Part shown: positions 31,761 to 48,000 of the stretch, piece by piece
Numbering within the stretch: position 1 is the first letter of the stretch
Layout: each line of letters starts with the position of its first letter
Source of the DNA: Nemertoderma westbladi
Taxonomy: Eukaryota; Animalia; Xenacoelomorpha
Direction of reading: 5' to 3'
Assembly (NCBI GenBank): GCA_032718475.1
Contig: JAUCBJ010002273.1
Span: 62,001 to 126,000 of the forward strand
DNA: 64,000 nucleotides
Made by a program: the position numbers and the translations under genes
The notes under the pieces: model-generated
Told to the model about the DNA's origin: nothing
Seen by the model: the letters and a program-made list of their open reading frames with translations, nothing else
The model's database searches: none

Positions 31761-32403
31761 TTTGAATTAAATTTTAATATTACATAAATAAATAAATATT
31801 TCGATATTAAATTTAATAATAATTTAATATATTAAAATTATTTATATTGCTACTACTCAAATTACTATTATTACTATTGGGATACTAATGCTCCATAGTT
31901 AAGGAGATATTCGAACTACTGTAGCTAACGTATGGGGGCAGCACGAGGATCAGTTAAACATAAAATATTATTTTCTGAAATTTTAATCATTTTTTTAGAG
32001 TTAAGTAAACCAAACCCTATCCCTTATCCAACTTAACTGGAAACCTCCTTAGATGAGGGACAGGGATGTTTCAGAGAGTATTCTAAGTTTTAATTCCTCC
32101 TCCAAAGTTAGTTGATCAAAGTTAAGTTAGTCGAAGTTAGTCTATTATGAAACACAAATTAATTATTGAGGGATTCTACAACAAAAACGGTATTTAAGAA
32201 ATTATACCAAACCTCCAATCAATCATAGAAAAGGGGACAGTTCTACCCATTCAACACCCCTTTTAATATGCACCCAAACAAATAAGGGAACAATATGGAA
32301 TAATTAAATAAATATTTATTAACAATCTAATATATACAATTACAAAAACACAATACAATGGCATTACATCGATCTTAATCCAAAATGATATAATTTGGCC
32401 TTG

Positions 32404-32739
32404 GGCCGCTGTAACAGGCTGAGATAACTCCCCACCAAATATGACTCCCCAGTCTTCTCAGCCTAGGCTAAGAACACTCCCCAGTTTTCTCCCTAGATTT
32501 CTTAATTATCGGAAAGGAGCAGGTAACAGTGGCGGGCTTTTCTAACTAAAACAATAAACGATATCTCAATAACATAGGTTACAGTTTTGATTTTGCAATA
32601 TACGAAAATAACACAGCTAGGGATATGAATTATAACTCAATTAGGGGAGTCATCTCAGCCTAAGGGGGGTGTTCTCAGCCTAGGCTGAGATAACTGCGGA
32701 GTCATACAAGAGGGAGTTATCTCAGGCTTGTACACCGCC
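32404..32739. mobile_element. MITE with ~75-bp imperfect TIRs
   Basis: Left GGCCGCTGTAACAGGCTGAGATAACTCCC...ATGACTCCCCAG...TCTCAGCCTAGGCTAAGAACAC mirrors right GTGTTCTCAGCCTAGGCTGAGATAACTGCGGAGTCAT...GGGAGTTATCTCAGGCTTGTACACCGCC; contains the 18-bp perfect palindrome TCTCAGCCTAGGCTGAGA. No clear target duplication. Confidence 0.8.
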
Positions 32740-32944
32740 ACACATTCTGTAACCGGTCAAGTTCAAAGTTTATTGCATCGAAGGTCACCCCTCCCCATCT
32801 GTCCCTATCCCTACCACACCCTGTATTATATCAGTAAATAGGTACCGAAGTCTTTATTACCACTTTGGCGACACTGGCTGGCCGGTACACTAACACTATA
32901 ACTATATAATGATATATCCAATATGACATCCCTTCATCCTTTCA

Positions 32945-33055
32945 ATATCCACATAACAAAAGTAGCATATAAGAAGTTTCTAAGGAAATATTATTCAACA
33001 AGTACTCCACCACACCGGAGTTGTACCGCACTGTAATCCGATCATGCCATGTTAA
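32945..33055 (+). mobile_element. Diverged fragment of the same TIR family as the 25230-26268 element
   Basis: ATATCCACATAACAAAAGTAGCATATAAGAAGTTTCTAAGGAAATATTAT matches 26131-26180 (ATATCCACCTAAGAAAAGTAGCACATAAGAAGTTTCTAAGGAAATATTAT); CATGCCATGTTA at 33043 echoes CATGCCCTGTTA at 26243. Confidence 0.78.
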
Positions 33056-33067
33056 ACTAAATAGGTG

Positions 33068-36000
33068 TACTGTATCTATAGTAACGTTATACTATACCTG
33101 CACTCTCTACTGTATCTATAGTACCCTTATACTATACCTGCACTCTCTACTGTATCTATAGTACCCTTATACTATACCTGCACTCTACTGTATCTATAGT
33201 ACCCTTATACTATACCTGCACTCTCTACTGTATCTATAGTACTGTACCCTTATACTATACCTGCACTCTACTGTATCTATAGTACTGTACCCTTATACTA
33301 TACCTGCACTCTACTGTATCTATAGTACCCTTATACTATACCTGCACTCTACTGTATCTATAGTACTGTACCCTTATACTATACCTGCACTCTACTGTAT
33401 CTATAGTACTGTACCCTTATACTATACCTGCACTCTACTGTATCTATAGTACCCTTATACTATACCTGCACTCTCTACTGTATCTATAGTACCCTTATAC
33501 TATACCTGCACTCTCTACTGTATCTATAGTACCCTTATACTATACCTGCACTCTCTACTGTATCTATAGTACCCTTATACTATACCTGCACTCTACTGTA
33601 TCTATAGTACCCTTATACTATACCTGCACTCTCCTCTCTACTGTATCTATAGTACCCTTATACTATACCTGCACTCTCTACTGTATCTATAGTACCCTTA
33701 TACTATACCTGCACTCTCTACTGTATCTATAGTACCCTTATACTATACCTGCACTCTACTGTATCTATAGTACCCTTATACTATACCTGCACTCCCTACT
33801 GTATCTATAGTACGGTACCCTTATACTATACCTGCACTCTCTACTGTATCTATAGTACCCTTATACTATACCTGCACTCTCTACTGTATCTATAGTACCC
33901 TTATACTATACCTGCACTCTCTACTGTATCTATAGTACCCTTATACTATACCTGCACTCTCTACTGTATCTATAGTACCCTTATACTATACCTGCACTCT
34001 ACTGTATCTATAGTACCCTTATACTATACCTGCACTCTCTACTGTATCTATAGTACCCTTATACTATACCTACACTCTCTACTGTATCTATAGTACCCTT
34101 ATACTATACCTGCACTCTCTACTGTATCTATAGTACCCTTATACTATACCTGCACTCTCTACTGTATCTATAGTACCCTTATACTATACCTGCACTCTCT
34201 ACTGTATCTATAGTACCCTTATACTAAACCTGCACTCTCTACTGTATCTATAGTACCTGCACTCTCTACTGTATCTATAGTACCCTTATACTATACCTAC
34301 ACTCTCTACTGTATCTATAGTACCCTTATACTATACTTGCACTCTCTACTGTATCTATAGTACCCTTATACTATACCTGCACTCTCTACTGTATCTATAG
34401 TACCCTTATACTATACCTGCACTCTCTACTGTATCTATAGTACCCTTATACTATACCTGCACTCTCTACTGTATCTATAGTACCCTTATACTATACCTGC
34501 ACTCTCTACTGTATCTATAGTACCCTTATACTATACCTGCACTCTCTACTGTATCTATAGTACCCTTATACTATACCTGCACTCTCTACTGTATCTATAG
34601 TACCCTTATACTATACCTGCACTCTCTACTGTATCTATAGTACCCTTATACTATACCTGCACTCTCTACTCCATCTATAGTACCCTTATACTATACCTGC
34701 ACTCTCTACTGTATCTATAGTACCCTTATACTATACCTGCACTCTCTACTGTATCTATAGTACCCTTATACTATACCTGCACTCTCTACTGTATCTATAG
34801 TACCCTTATACTATACCTGCACTCTATACTGTATCTATAGTACCCTTATACTATACCTGCACTCTCTACTGTATCTATAGTACCCTTATACTATACCTGC
34901 ACTCTCTACTGTATCTATAGTACCCTTATACTATACCTGTACTCTCTACTGTATCTATAGTACCGTTATACTATACCTGCACTCTCTACTGTATCTATAG
35001 TACCCTTATACTATACCTGCACTCTCTACTGTATCTATAGTACCCTTATACTATACCTGCACTCTCTACTGTATCTATAGTACCCTTATACTATACCTGC
35101 ACTCTACTGTATCTATAGTACCCTTATACTATACCTGCACTCCCTACTGTATCTATAGTACGGTACCCTTATACTATACCTGCACTCTCTACTGTATCTA
35201 TAGTACCCTTATACTATACCTGCACTCTCTACTGTATCTATAGTACCCTTATACTATACCTGCACTCTCTACTGTATCTATAGTACCCTTATACTATACC
35301 TGCACTCTCTACTGTATCTATAGTACCCTTATACTATACCTGCACTCTACTGTATCTATAGTACCCTTATACTATACCTGCACTCCCTACTGTATCTATA
35401 GTACGGTACCCTTATACTATACCTGCACTCTCTACTGTATCTATAGTACCCTTATACTATACCTGCACTCTCTACTGTATCTATAGTACCCTTATACTAT
35501 ACCTGCACTCTCTACTGTATCTATAGTACCCTTATACTATACCTGCACTCTCTACTGTATCTATAGTACCCTTATACTATACCTGCACTCTACTGTATCT
35601 ATAGTACCCTTATACTATACCTGCACTCTCTACTGTATCTATAGTACCCTTATACTATACCTACACTCTCTACTGTATCTATAGTACCCTTATACTATAC
35701 CTGCACTCTCTACTGTATCTATAGTACCCTTATACTATACCTGCACTCTCTACTGTATCTATAGTACCCTTATACTATACCTGCACTCTCTACTGTATCT
35801 ATAGTACCCTTATACTAAACCTGCACTCTCTACTGTATCTATAGTACCTGCACTCTCTACTGTATCTATAGTACCCTTATACTATACCTGCACTCTCTAC
35901 TGTATCTATAGTACCCTTATACTATACCTGCACTCTCTACTGTATCTATAGTACCCTTATACTATACCTGCACTCTCTACTGTATCTATAGTACCCTTAT

Positions 36001-39000
36001 ACTATACCTGCACTCTCTACTGTATCTATAGTACCCTTATACTATACCTGCACTCTCTACTGTATCTATAGTACCCTTATACTATACCTGCACTCTCTAC
36101 TGTATCTATAGTACCCTTATACTATACCTGCACTCTCTACTGTATCTATAGTACCCTTATACTATACCTGCACTCTCTACTGTATCTATAGTACCCTTAT
36201 ACTATACCTGCACTCTCTACTGTATCTATAGTACCCTTATACTATACCTGCACTCTCTACTCCATCTATAGTACCCTTATACTATACCTGCACTCTCTAC
36301 TGTATCTATAGTACCCTTATACTATACCTGCACTCTCTACTGTATCTATAGTACCCTTATACTATACCTGCACTCTCTACTGTATCTATAGTACCCTTAT
36401 ACTATACCTGCACTCTCTACTGTATCTATAGTACCCTTATACTATACCTGCACTCTCTACTGTATCTATAGTACCCTTATACTATACCTGCACTCTCTAC
36501 TGTATCTATAGTACCCTTATACTATACCTGCACTCTCTACTGTATCTATAGTACCCTTATACTATACCTGCACTCTCTACTGTATCTATAGTACCCTTAT
36601 ACTATACCTGCACTCTCTACTGTATCTATAGTACCCTTATACTATACCTGCACTCTCTACTGTATCTATAGTACCCTTATACTATACCTGCACTCTCTAC
36701 TGTATCTATAGTACCCTTATACTATACCTGCACTCTCTACTGTATCTATAGTACCCTTATACTATACCTGCACTCTCTACTGTATCTATAGTACCCTTAT
36801 ACTATACCTGCACTCTCTACTGTATCTATAGTACCCTTATACTATACCTGCACTCTCTACTGTATCTATAGTACCCTTATACTATACCTGCACTCTCTAC
36901 TCCATCTATAGTACCCTTATACTATACCTGCACTCTCTACTTCCATCTATAGTACCCTTATACTATACCTGCACTCTCTACTCCATCTATAGTACCCTTA
37001 TACTATACCTGCACTCTCTACTGTATCTATAGTACCCTTATACTATACCTGCACTCTCTACTGTATCTATAGTACCCTTATACTATACCTGCACTCTCTA
37101 CTGTATCTATAGTACCCTTATACTATACCTGCACTCTCTACTGTATCTATAGTACCCTTATACTATACCTGCACTCTCTACTGTATCTATAGTACCCTTA
37201 TACTATACCTGCACTCTCTACTGTATCTATAGTACCCTTATACTATACCTGCACTCTCTACTGTATCTATAGTACCCTTATACTATACCTGCACTCTCTA
37301 CTGTATCTATAGTACCCTTATACTATACCTGCACTCTCTACTGTATCTATAGTACCCTTATACTATACCTGCACTCTCTACTCCATCTATAGTACCCTTA
37401 TACTATACCTGCACTCTCTACTGTATCTATAGTACCCTTATACTATACCTGCACTCTCTACTCCATCTATAGTACCCTTATACTATACCTGCACTCTCTA
37501 CTGTATCTATAGTACCCTTATACTATACCTGCACTCTCTACTTCCATCTATAGTACCCTTATACTATACCTGCACTCTCTACTGTATCTATAGTACCCTT
37601 ATACTATACCTGCACTCTCTACTGTCCATCTATAGTACCCTTATACTATACCTGCACTCTCTACTCCATCTATAGTACCCTTATACTATACCTGCACTCT
37701 CTACTGTATCTATAGTACCCTTATACTATACCTGCACTCTCTACTGTATCTATAGTACCCTTATACTATACCTGCACTCTCTACTGTATCTATAGTACCC
37801 TTATACTATACCTGCACTCTCTACTGTATCTATAGTACCCTTATACTATACCTGCACTCTCTACTGTATCTATAGTACCCTTATACTATACCTGCACTCT
37901 CTACTGTATCTATAGTACCCTTATACTATACCTGCACTCTCTACTGTCATCTATAGTACCCTTATACTATACCTGCACTCTCTACTGTATCTATAGTACC
38001 CTTATACTATACCTGCACTCTCTACTGTATCTATAGTACCCTTATACTATACCTGCACTCTCTACTCTATCTATAGTACCCTTATACTATACCTGCACTC
38101 TCTACTTCCATCTATAGTACCCTTATACTATACCTGCACTCTCTACTGTATCTATAGTACCCTTATACTATACCTGCACTCTCTACTTCCATCTATAGTA
38201 CCCTTATACTATACCTGCACTCTCTACTTCCATCTATAGTACCCTTATACTATACCTGCACTCTCTACTGTCATCTATAGTACCCTTATACTATACCTGC
38301 ACTCTCTACTGTATCTATAGTACCCTTATACTATACCTGCACTCTCTACTGTATCTATAGTACCCTTATACTATACCTGCACTCTCTACTCCATCTATAG
38401 TACCCTTATACTATACCTGCACTCTCTACTGTCCATCTATAGTACCCTTATACTATACCTGCACTCTCTACTGTATCTATAGTACCCTTATACTATACCT
38501 GCACTCTCTACTGTATCTATAGTACCCTTATACTATACCTGCACTCTCTACTCCATCTATAGTACCCTTATACTATACCTGCACTCTCTACTGTATCTAT
38601 AGTACCCTTATACTATACCTGCACTCTCTACTGTCCATCTATAGTACCCTTATACTATACCTGCACTCTCTACTGTATCTATAGTACCCTTATACTATAC
38701 CTGCACTCTCTACTGTATCTATAGTACCCTTATACTATACCTGCACTCTCTACTGTATCTATAGTACCCTTATACTATACCTGCACTCTCTACTTCCATC
38801 TATAGTACCCTTATACTATACCTGCACTCTCTACTGTATCTATAGTACCCTTATACTATACCTGCACTCTCTACTGTATCTATAGTACCCTTATACTATA
38901 CCTGCACTCTCTACTGTATCTATAGTACCCTTATACTATACCTGCACTCTCTACTGTCCATCTATAGTACCCTTATACTATACCTGCACTCTCTACTGTA

Positions 39001-42000
39001 TCTATAGTACCCTTATACTATACCTGCACTCTCTACTTCCATCTATAGTACCCTTATACTATACCTGCACTCTCTACTGTATCTATAGTACCCTTATACT
39101 ATACCTGCACTCTCTACTCTATCTATAGTACCCTTATACTATACCTGCACTCTCTACTGTATCTATAGTACCCTTATACTATACCTGCACTCTCTACTGT
39201 ATCTATAGTACCCTTATACTATACCTGCACTCTCTACTGTATCTATAGTACCCTTATACTATACCTGCACTCTCTACTTCATCTATAGTACCCTTATACT
39301 ATACCTGCACTCTCTACTTCCATCTATAGTACCCTTATACTATACCTGCACTCTCTACTGTATCTATAGTACCCTTATACTATACCTGCACTCTCTACTG
39401 TATCTATAGTACCCTTATACTATACCTGCACTCTCTACTTCCATCTATAGTACCCTTATACTATACCTGCACTCTCTACTGTATCTATAGTACCCTTATA
39501 CTATACCTGCACTCTCTACTTCCATCTATAGTACCCTTATACTATACCTGCACTCTCTACTCCATCTATAGTACCCTTATACTATACCTGCACTCTCTAC
39601 TCCATCTATAGTACCCTTATACTATACCTGCACTCTCTACTGTATCTATAGTACCCTTATACTATACCTGCACTCTCTACTGTATCTATAGTACCCTTAT
39701 ACTATACCTGCACTCTCTACTGTATCTATAGTACCCTTATACTATACCTGCACTCTCTACTTCCATCTATAGTACCCTTATACTATACCTGCACTCTCTA
39801 CTGTATCTATAGTACCCTTATACTATACCTGCACTCTCTACTGTATCTATAGTACCCTTATACTATACCTGCACTCTCTACTGTATCTATAGTACCCTTA
39901 TACTATACCTGCACTCTCTACTTCCATCTATAGTACCCTTATACTATACCTGCACTCTCTACTGTATCTATAGTACCCTTATACTATACCTGCACTCTCT
40001 ACTGTATCTATAGTACCCTTATACTATACCTGCACTCTCTACTGTATCTATAGTACCCTTATACTATACCTGCACTCTCTACTGTATCTATAGTACCCTT
40101 ATACTATACCTGCACTCTCTACTGTATCTATAGTACCCTTATACTATACCTGCACTCTCTACTGTATCTATAGTACCCTTATACTATACCTGCACTCTCT
40201 ACTGTATCTATAGTACCCTTATACTATACCTGCACTCTCTACTGTATCTATAGTACCCTTATACTATACCTGCACTCTCTACTCCATCTATAGTACCCTT
40301 ATACTATACCTGCACTCTCTACTGTATCTATAGTACCCTTATACTATACCTGCACTCTCTACTGTATCTATAGTACCCTTATACTATACCTGCACTCTCT
40401 ACTGTATCTATAGTACCCTTATACTATACCTGCACTCTCTACTGTATCTATAGTACCCTTATACTATACCTGCACTCTCTACTGTATCTATAGTACCCTT
40501 ATACTATACCTGCACTCTCTACTGTATCTATAGTACCCTTATACTATACCTGCACTCTCTACTGTATCTATAGTACCCTTATACTATACCTGCACTCTCT
40601 ACTGTATCTATAGTACCCTTATACTATACCTGCACTCTCTACTGTATCTATAGTACCCTTATACTATACCTGCACTCTCTACTGTATCTATAGTACCCTT
40701 ATACTATACCTGCACTCTCTACTGTATCTATAGTACCCTTATACTATACCTGCACTCTCTACTGTATCTATAGTACCCTTATACTATACCTGCACTCTCT
40801 ACTGTATCTATAGTACCCTTATACTATACCTGCACTCTCTACTTCATCTATAGTACCCTTATACTATACCTGCACTCTCTACTTCCATCTATAGTACCCT
40901 TATACTATACCTGCACTCTCTACTGTATCTATAGTACCCTTATACTATACCTGCACTCTCTACTGTATCTATAGTACCCTTATACTATACCTGCACTCTC
41001 TACTGTATCTATAGTACCCTTATACTATACCTGCACTCTCTACTGTATCTATAGTACCCTTATACTATACCTGCACTCTCTACTGTATCTATAGTACCCT
41101 TATACTATACCTGCACTCTCTACTCCATCTATAGTACCCTTATACTATACCTGCACTCTCTACTGTATCTATAGTACCCTTATACTATACCTGCACTCTC
41201 TACTTCCATCTATAGTACCCTTATACTATACCTGCACTCTCTACTGTATCTATAGTACCCTTATACTATACCTGCACTCTCTACTGTATCTATAGTACCC
41301 TTATACTATACCTGCACTCTCTACTGTATCTATAGTACCCTTATACTATACCTGCACTCTCTACTGTCATCTATAGTACCCTTATACTATACCTGCACTC
41401 TCTACTGTATCTATAGTACCCTTATACTATACCTGCACTCTCTACTGTATCTATAGTACCCTTATACTATACCTGCACTCTCTACTTCCATCTATAGTAC
41501 CCTTATACTATACCTGCACTCTCTACTGTATCTATAGTACCCTTATACTATACCTGCACTCTCTACTGTATCTATAGTACCCTTATACTATACCTGCACT
41601 CTCTACTGTATCTATAGTACCCTTATACTATACCTGCACTCTCTACTGTATCTATAGTACCCTTATACTATACCTGCACTCTCTACTGTATCTATAGTAC
41701 CCTTATACTATACCTGCACTCTCTACTGTATCTATAGTACCCTTATACTATACCTGCACTCTCTACTGTATCTATAGTACCCTTATACTATACCTGCACT
41801 CTCTACTGTATCTATAGTACCCTTATACTATACCTGCACTCTCTACTGTATCTATAGTACCCTTATACTATACCTGCACTCTCTACTCCATCTATAGTAC
41901 CCTTATACTATACCTGCACTCTCTACTCCATCTATAGTACCCTTATACTATACCTGCACTCTCTACTGTATCTATAGTACCCTTATACTATACCTGCACT

Positions 42001-45000
42001 CTCTACTGTATCTATAGTACCCTTATACTATACCTGCACTCTCTACTGTATCTATAGTACCCTTATACTATACCTGCACTCTCTACTCCCTCTATAGTAC
42101 CCTTATACTATACCTGCACTCTCTACTGTATCTATAGTACCCTTATACTATACCTGCACTCTCTACTGTATCTATAGTACCCTTATACTATACCTGCACT
42201 CTCTACTGTATCTATAGTACCCTTATACTATACCTGCACTCTCTACTCCCTCTATAGTACCCTTATACTATACCTGCACTCTCTACTGTATCTATAGTAC
42301 CCTTATACTATACCTGCACTCTCTACTCCCTCTATAGTACCCTTATACTATACCTGCACTCTCTACTGTATCTATAGTACCCTTATACTATACCTGCACT
42401 CTCTACTCCCTCTATAGTACCCTTATACTATACCTGCACTCTCTACTGTATCTATAGTACCCTTATACTATACCTGCACTCTCTACTGTATCTATAGTAC
42501 CCTTATACTATACCTGCACTCTCTACTGTATCTATAGTACCCTTATACTATACCTGCACTCTCTACTGTATCTATAGTACCCTTACTACTATACCTGCAC
42601 TCTCTACTGTATCTATAGTACCCTTATACTATACCTGCACTCTCTACTCCATCTATAGTACCCTTATACTATACCTGCACTCTCTACTGTATCTATAGTA
42701 CCCTTATACTATACCTGCACTCTCTACTGTATCTATAGTACCCTTATACTACTATACCTGCACTCTCTACTGTATCTATAGTACCGTTATACTATACCTG
42801 CACTCTCTACTCCATCTATAGTACCCTTATACTATACCTGCACTCTCTACTGTATCTATAGTACCCTTATACTATACCTGCACTCTCTACTGTATCTATA
42901 GTACCCTTATACTATACCTGCACTCTCTACTGTATCTATAGTACCCTTATACTATACCTGCTCTCTCTACTGTATCTATAGTACCCTTATACTATACCTG
43001 CACTCTCTACTGTATCTATAGTACCCTTATACTATACCTGCACTCTCTACTGTATCTATAGTACCCTTATACTATACCTGCACTCTCTACTGTATCTATA
43101 GTACCCTTATACTATACCTGCACTCTCTACTGTATCTATAGTACCCTTATACTACTATACCTGCACTCTCTACTGTATCTATAGTACCCTTATACTACTA
43201 TACCTGCACTCTCTACTGTATCTATAGTACCCTTATACTATACCTGCACTCTCTACTCCATCTATAGTACCCTTATACTATACCTGCACTCTCTACTGTA
43301 TCTATAGTACCCTTATACTATACCTGCACTCTCTACTGTATCTATAGTACCCTTATACTATACCTGCACTCTCTACTGTATCTATAGTACCCTTATACTA
43401 TACCTGCACTCTCTACTGTATCTATAGTACCCTTATACTATACCTGCACTCTCTACTCCATCTATAGTACCCTTATACTATACCTGCACTCTCTACTGTA
43501 TCTATAGTACCCTTATACTATACCTGCACTCTCTACTGTATCTATAGTACCCTTATACTATACCTGCACTCTCTACTGTATCTATAGTACCCTTATACTA
43601 TACCTGCACTCTCTACTGTATCTATAGTACCCTTATACTATACCTGCACTCTCTACTGTATCTATAGTACCCTTATACTATACCTGCACTCTCTACTGTA
43701 TCTATAGTACCCTTATACTATACCTGCACTCTCTACTCCATCTATAGTACCCTTATACTATACCTGCACTCTCTACTGTATCTATAGTACCCTTATACTA
43801 TACCTGCACTCTCTACTGTATCTATAGTACCCTTATACTATACCTGCACTCTCTACTGTATCTATAGTACCCTTATACTATACCTGCACTCTCTACTGTA
43901 TCTATAGTACCCTTATACTATACCTGCACTCTCTACTGTATCTATAGTACCCTTATACTATACCTGCACTCTCTACTGTATCTATAGTACCCTTATACTA
44001 TACCTGCACTCTCTACTGTATCTATAGTACCCTTATACTATACCTGCACTCTCTACTGTATCTATAGTACCCTTATACTATACCTGCACTCTCTACTGTA
44101 TCTATAGTACCCTTATACTATACCTGCACTCTCTACTGTATCTATAGTACCCTTATACTATACCTGCACTCTCTACTGTATCTATAGTACCCTTATACTA
44201 TACCTGCTCTCTCTACTGTATCTATAGTACCCTTATACTATACCTCCACTCTCTACTCCATCTATAGTACCCTTATTCTATACCTGCACTCTCTACTGTA
44301 TCTATAGTACCCTTATACTATACCTGCACTCTCTACTCCATCTATAGCACCCTTATACTATACCTGCACTCTCTACTGTATCTATAGTACCCTTATACTA
44401 TACCTGCACTCTCTACTGTATCTTTAGTACCCTTATACTATACCTGCACTCTCTACTGTATCTATAGTACCCTTATACTATACCTGCACTCTCTACTGTA
44501 TCTATAGTACCCTTATACTATACCTGCACTCTCTACTGTATCTATAGTACCCTTATACTATACCTGCACTCTCTACTGTATCTATAGTACCCTTATACTA
44601 TACCTGCACTCTCTACTGTATCTATAGTACCCTTATACTATACCTGCACTCTCTACTGTATCTATAGTACCCTTATACTATACCTGCACTCTCTACTGCA
44701 TCTATAGTACCCTTATACTATACCTGCACTCTCTACTGTATCTATAGTACCCTTATACTATACCTGCACTCTCTACTGTATCTATAGTACCCTTATACTA
44801 TACCTGCACTCTCTACTGTATCTATAGTACCCTTATACTATACCTGCACTCTCTACTGTATCTATAGTACCCTTATACTATACCTGCACTCTCTACTGTA
44901 TCTATAGTACCCTTATACTATACCTGCACTCTCTACTGTATCTATAGTACCCTTATACTATACCTGCACTCCCTACTGTATCTATAGTACCCTTATACTA

Positions 45001-48000
45001 TACCTGCACTCTCTACTGTATCTATAGTACCCTTATACTATACCTGCACTCTCTACTGTATCTATAGTACCCTTATACTATACCTGCACTCTCTACTGTA
45101 TCTATAGTACCCTTATACTATACCTGCACTCTCTACTGTATCTATAGTACCCTTATACTATACCTGCACTCTCTACTGTATCTATAGTACCCTTATACTA
45201 TACCTGCACTCTCTACTGTATCTATAGTACCCTTATACTATACCTGCACTCTCTACTGTATCTATAGTACCCTTATACTATACCTGCACTCTCTACTGTA
45301 TCTATAGTACCCTTATACTATACCTGCACTCTCTACTGTATCTATAGTACCCTTATACTATACCTGCACTCTCTACTGTATCTATAGTACCCTTATACTA
45401 TACCTGCACTCTCTACTGTATCTATAGTACCCTTATACTATACCTGCACTCTCTACTGTATCTATAGTACCCTTATACTATACCTGCACTCTCTACTGTA
45501 TCTATAGTACCCTTATACTATACCTGCACTCTCTACTGTATCTATAGTACCCTTATACTATACCTGCACTCTCTACTCTATCTATAGTACCCTTATACTA
45601 TACCTGCACTCTCTACTGTATCTATAGTACCCTTATACTATACCTGCACTCTCTACTCCATCTATAGTACCCTTATACTATACCTGCACTCTCTACTGTA
45701 TCTATAGTACCCTTATACTATACCTGCACTCTCTACTCCATCTATAGTACCCTTATACTATACCTGCACTCTCTACTGTATCTATAGTACCCTTATACTA
45801 TACCTGCACTCTCTACTGTATCTATAGTACCCTTATACTATACCTGCACTCTCTACTGTATCTATAGTACCCTTATACTATACCTGCACTCTCTACTGTA
45901 TCTATAGTACCCTTATACTATACCTGCACTCTCTACTGTATCTATAGTACCCTTATACTATACCTGCACTCTCTACTGTATCTATAGTACCCTTATACTA
46001 TACCTGCACTCTCTACTGTATCTATAGTACCCTTATACTATACCTGCACTCTCTACTCCATCTATAGTACCGTTATACTATACCTGCACTCTCTACTGTA
46101 TCTATAGTACCCTTATACTATACCTGCACTCTCTACTCCATCTATAGTACCCTTATACTATACCTGCACTCTCTACTCCATCTATAGTACCCTTATACTA
46201 TACCTGCACTCTCTACTCCATCTATAGTACCCTTATACTATACCTGCACTCTCTACTCCATCTATAGTACCCTTATACTATACCTGCACTCTCTACTCCA
46301 TCTATAGTACCCTTATACTATACCTGCACTCTCTACTGTATCTATAGTACCCTTATACTATACCTGCACTCTCTACTGTATCTATAGTACCCTTATACTA
46401 TACCTGCACTCTCTACTCCATCTATAGTACCCTTATACTATACCTGCACTCTCTACTGTATCTATAGTACCCTTATACTATACCTGCACTCTCTACTGTA
46501 TCTATAGTACCCTTATACTATACCTGCACTCTCTACTGTATCTATAGTACCCTTATACTATACCTGCACTCTCTACTCCATCTATAGTACCCTTATACTA
46601 TACCTGCACTCTCTACTGTATCTATAGTACCCTTATACTATACCTGCACTCTCTACTGTATCTATAGTACCCTTATACTATACCTGCACTCTCTACTGTA
46701 TCTATAGTACCCTTATACTATACCTGCACTCTCTACTGTATCTATAGTACCCTTATACTATACCTGCACTCTCTACTGTATCTATAGTACCCTTATACTA
46801 TACCTGCACTCTCTACTGTATCTATAGTACCCTTATACTATACCTGCACTCTCTACTCTATCTATAGTACCCTTATACTATACCTGCACTCTCTACTGTA
46901 TCTATAGTACCCTTATACTATACCTGCACTCTCTACTCCATCTATAGTACCCTTATACTATACCTGCACTCTCTACTGTATCTATAGTACCCTTATACTA
47001 TACCTGCACTCTCTACTGTATCTATAGTACCCTTATACTATACCTGCACTCTCTACTCCATCTATAGTACCCTTATACTATACCTGCACTCTCTACTGTA
47101 TCTATAGTACCCTTATACTATACCTGCACTCTCTACTGTATCTATAGTACCCTTATACTATACCTGCACTCTCTACTGTATCTATAGTACCCTTATACTA
47201 TACCTGCACTCTCTACTGTATCTATAGTACCCTTATACTATACCTGCACTCTCTACTGTATCTATAGTACCCTTATACTATACCTGCACTCTCTACTGTA
47301 TCTATAGTACCCTTATACTATACCTGCACTCTCTACTCCATCTATAGTACCCTTATACTATACCTGCACTCTCTACTGTATCTATAGTACCCTTATACTA
47401 TACCTGCACTCTCTACTGTATCTATAGTACCCTTATACTATACCTGCACTCTCTACTGTATCTATAGTACCCTTATACTATACCTGCACTCTCTACTGTA
47501 TCTATAGTACCCTTATACTATACCTGCACTCTCTACTGTATCTATAGTACCCTTATACTATACCTGCACTCTCTACTCCATCTATAGTACCCTTATACTA
47601 TACCTGCACTCTCTACTGTATCTATAGTACCCTTATACTATACCTGCACTCTCTACTGTATCTATAGTACCCTTATACTATACCTGCACTCTCTACTGTA
47701 TCTATAGTACCCTTATACTATACCTGCACTCTCTACTCCATCTATAGTACCCTTATACTATACCTGCACTCTCTACTATATCTATAGTACCCTTATACTA
47801 TACCTGCACTCTCTACTGTATCTATAGTACCCTTATACTATACCTGCACTCTCTACTGTATCTATAGTACCCTTATACTATACCTGCACTCTCTACTCCA
47901 TCTATAGTACCCTTATACTATACCTGCACTCTCTACTGTATCTATAGTACCCTTATACTATACCTGCACTCTCTACTCCATCTATAGTACCCTTATACTA

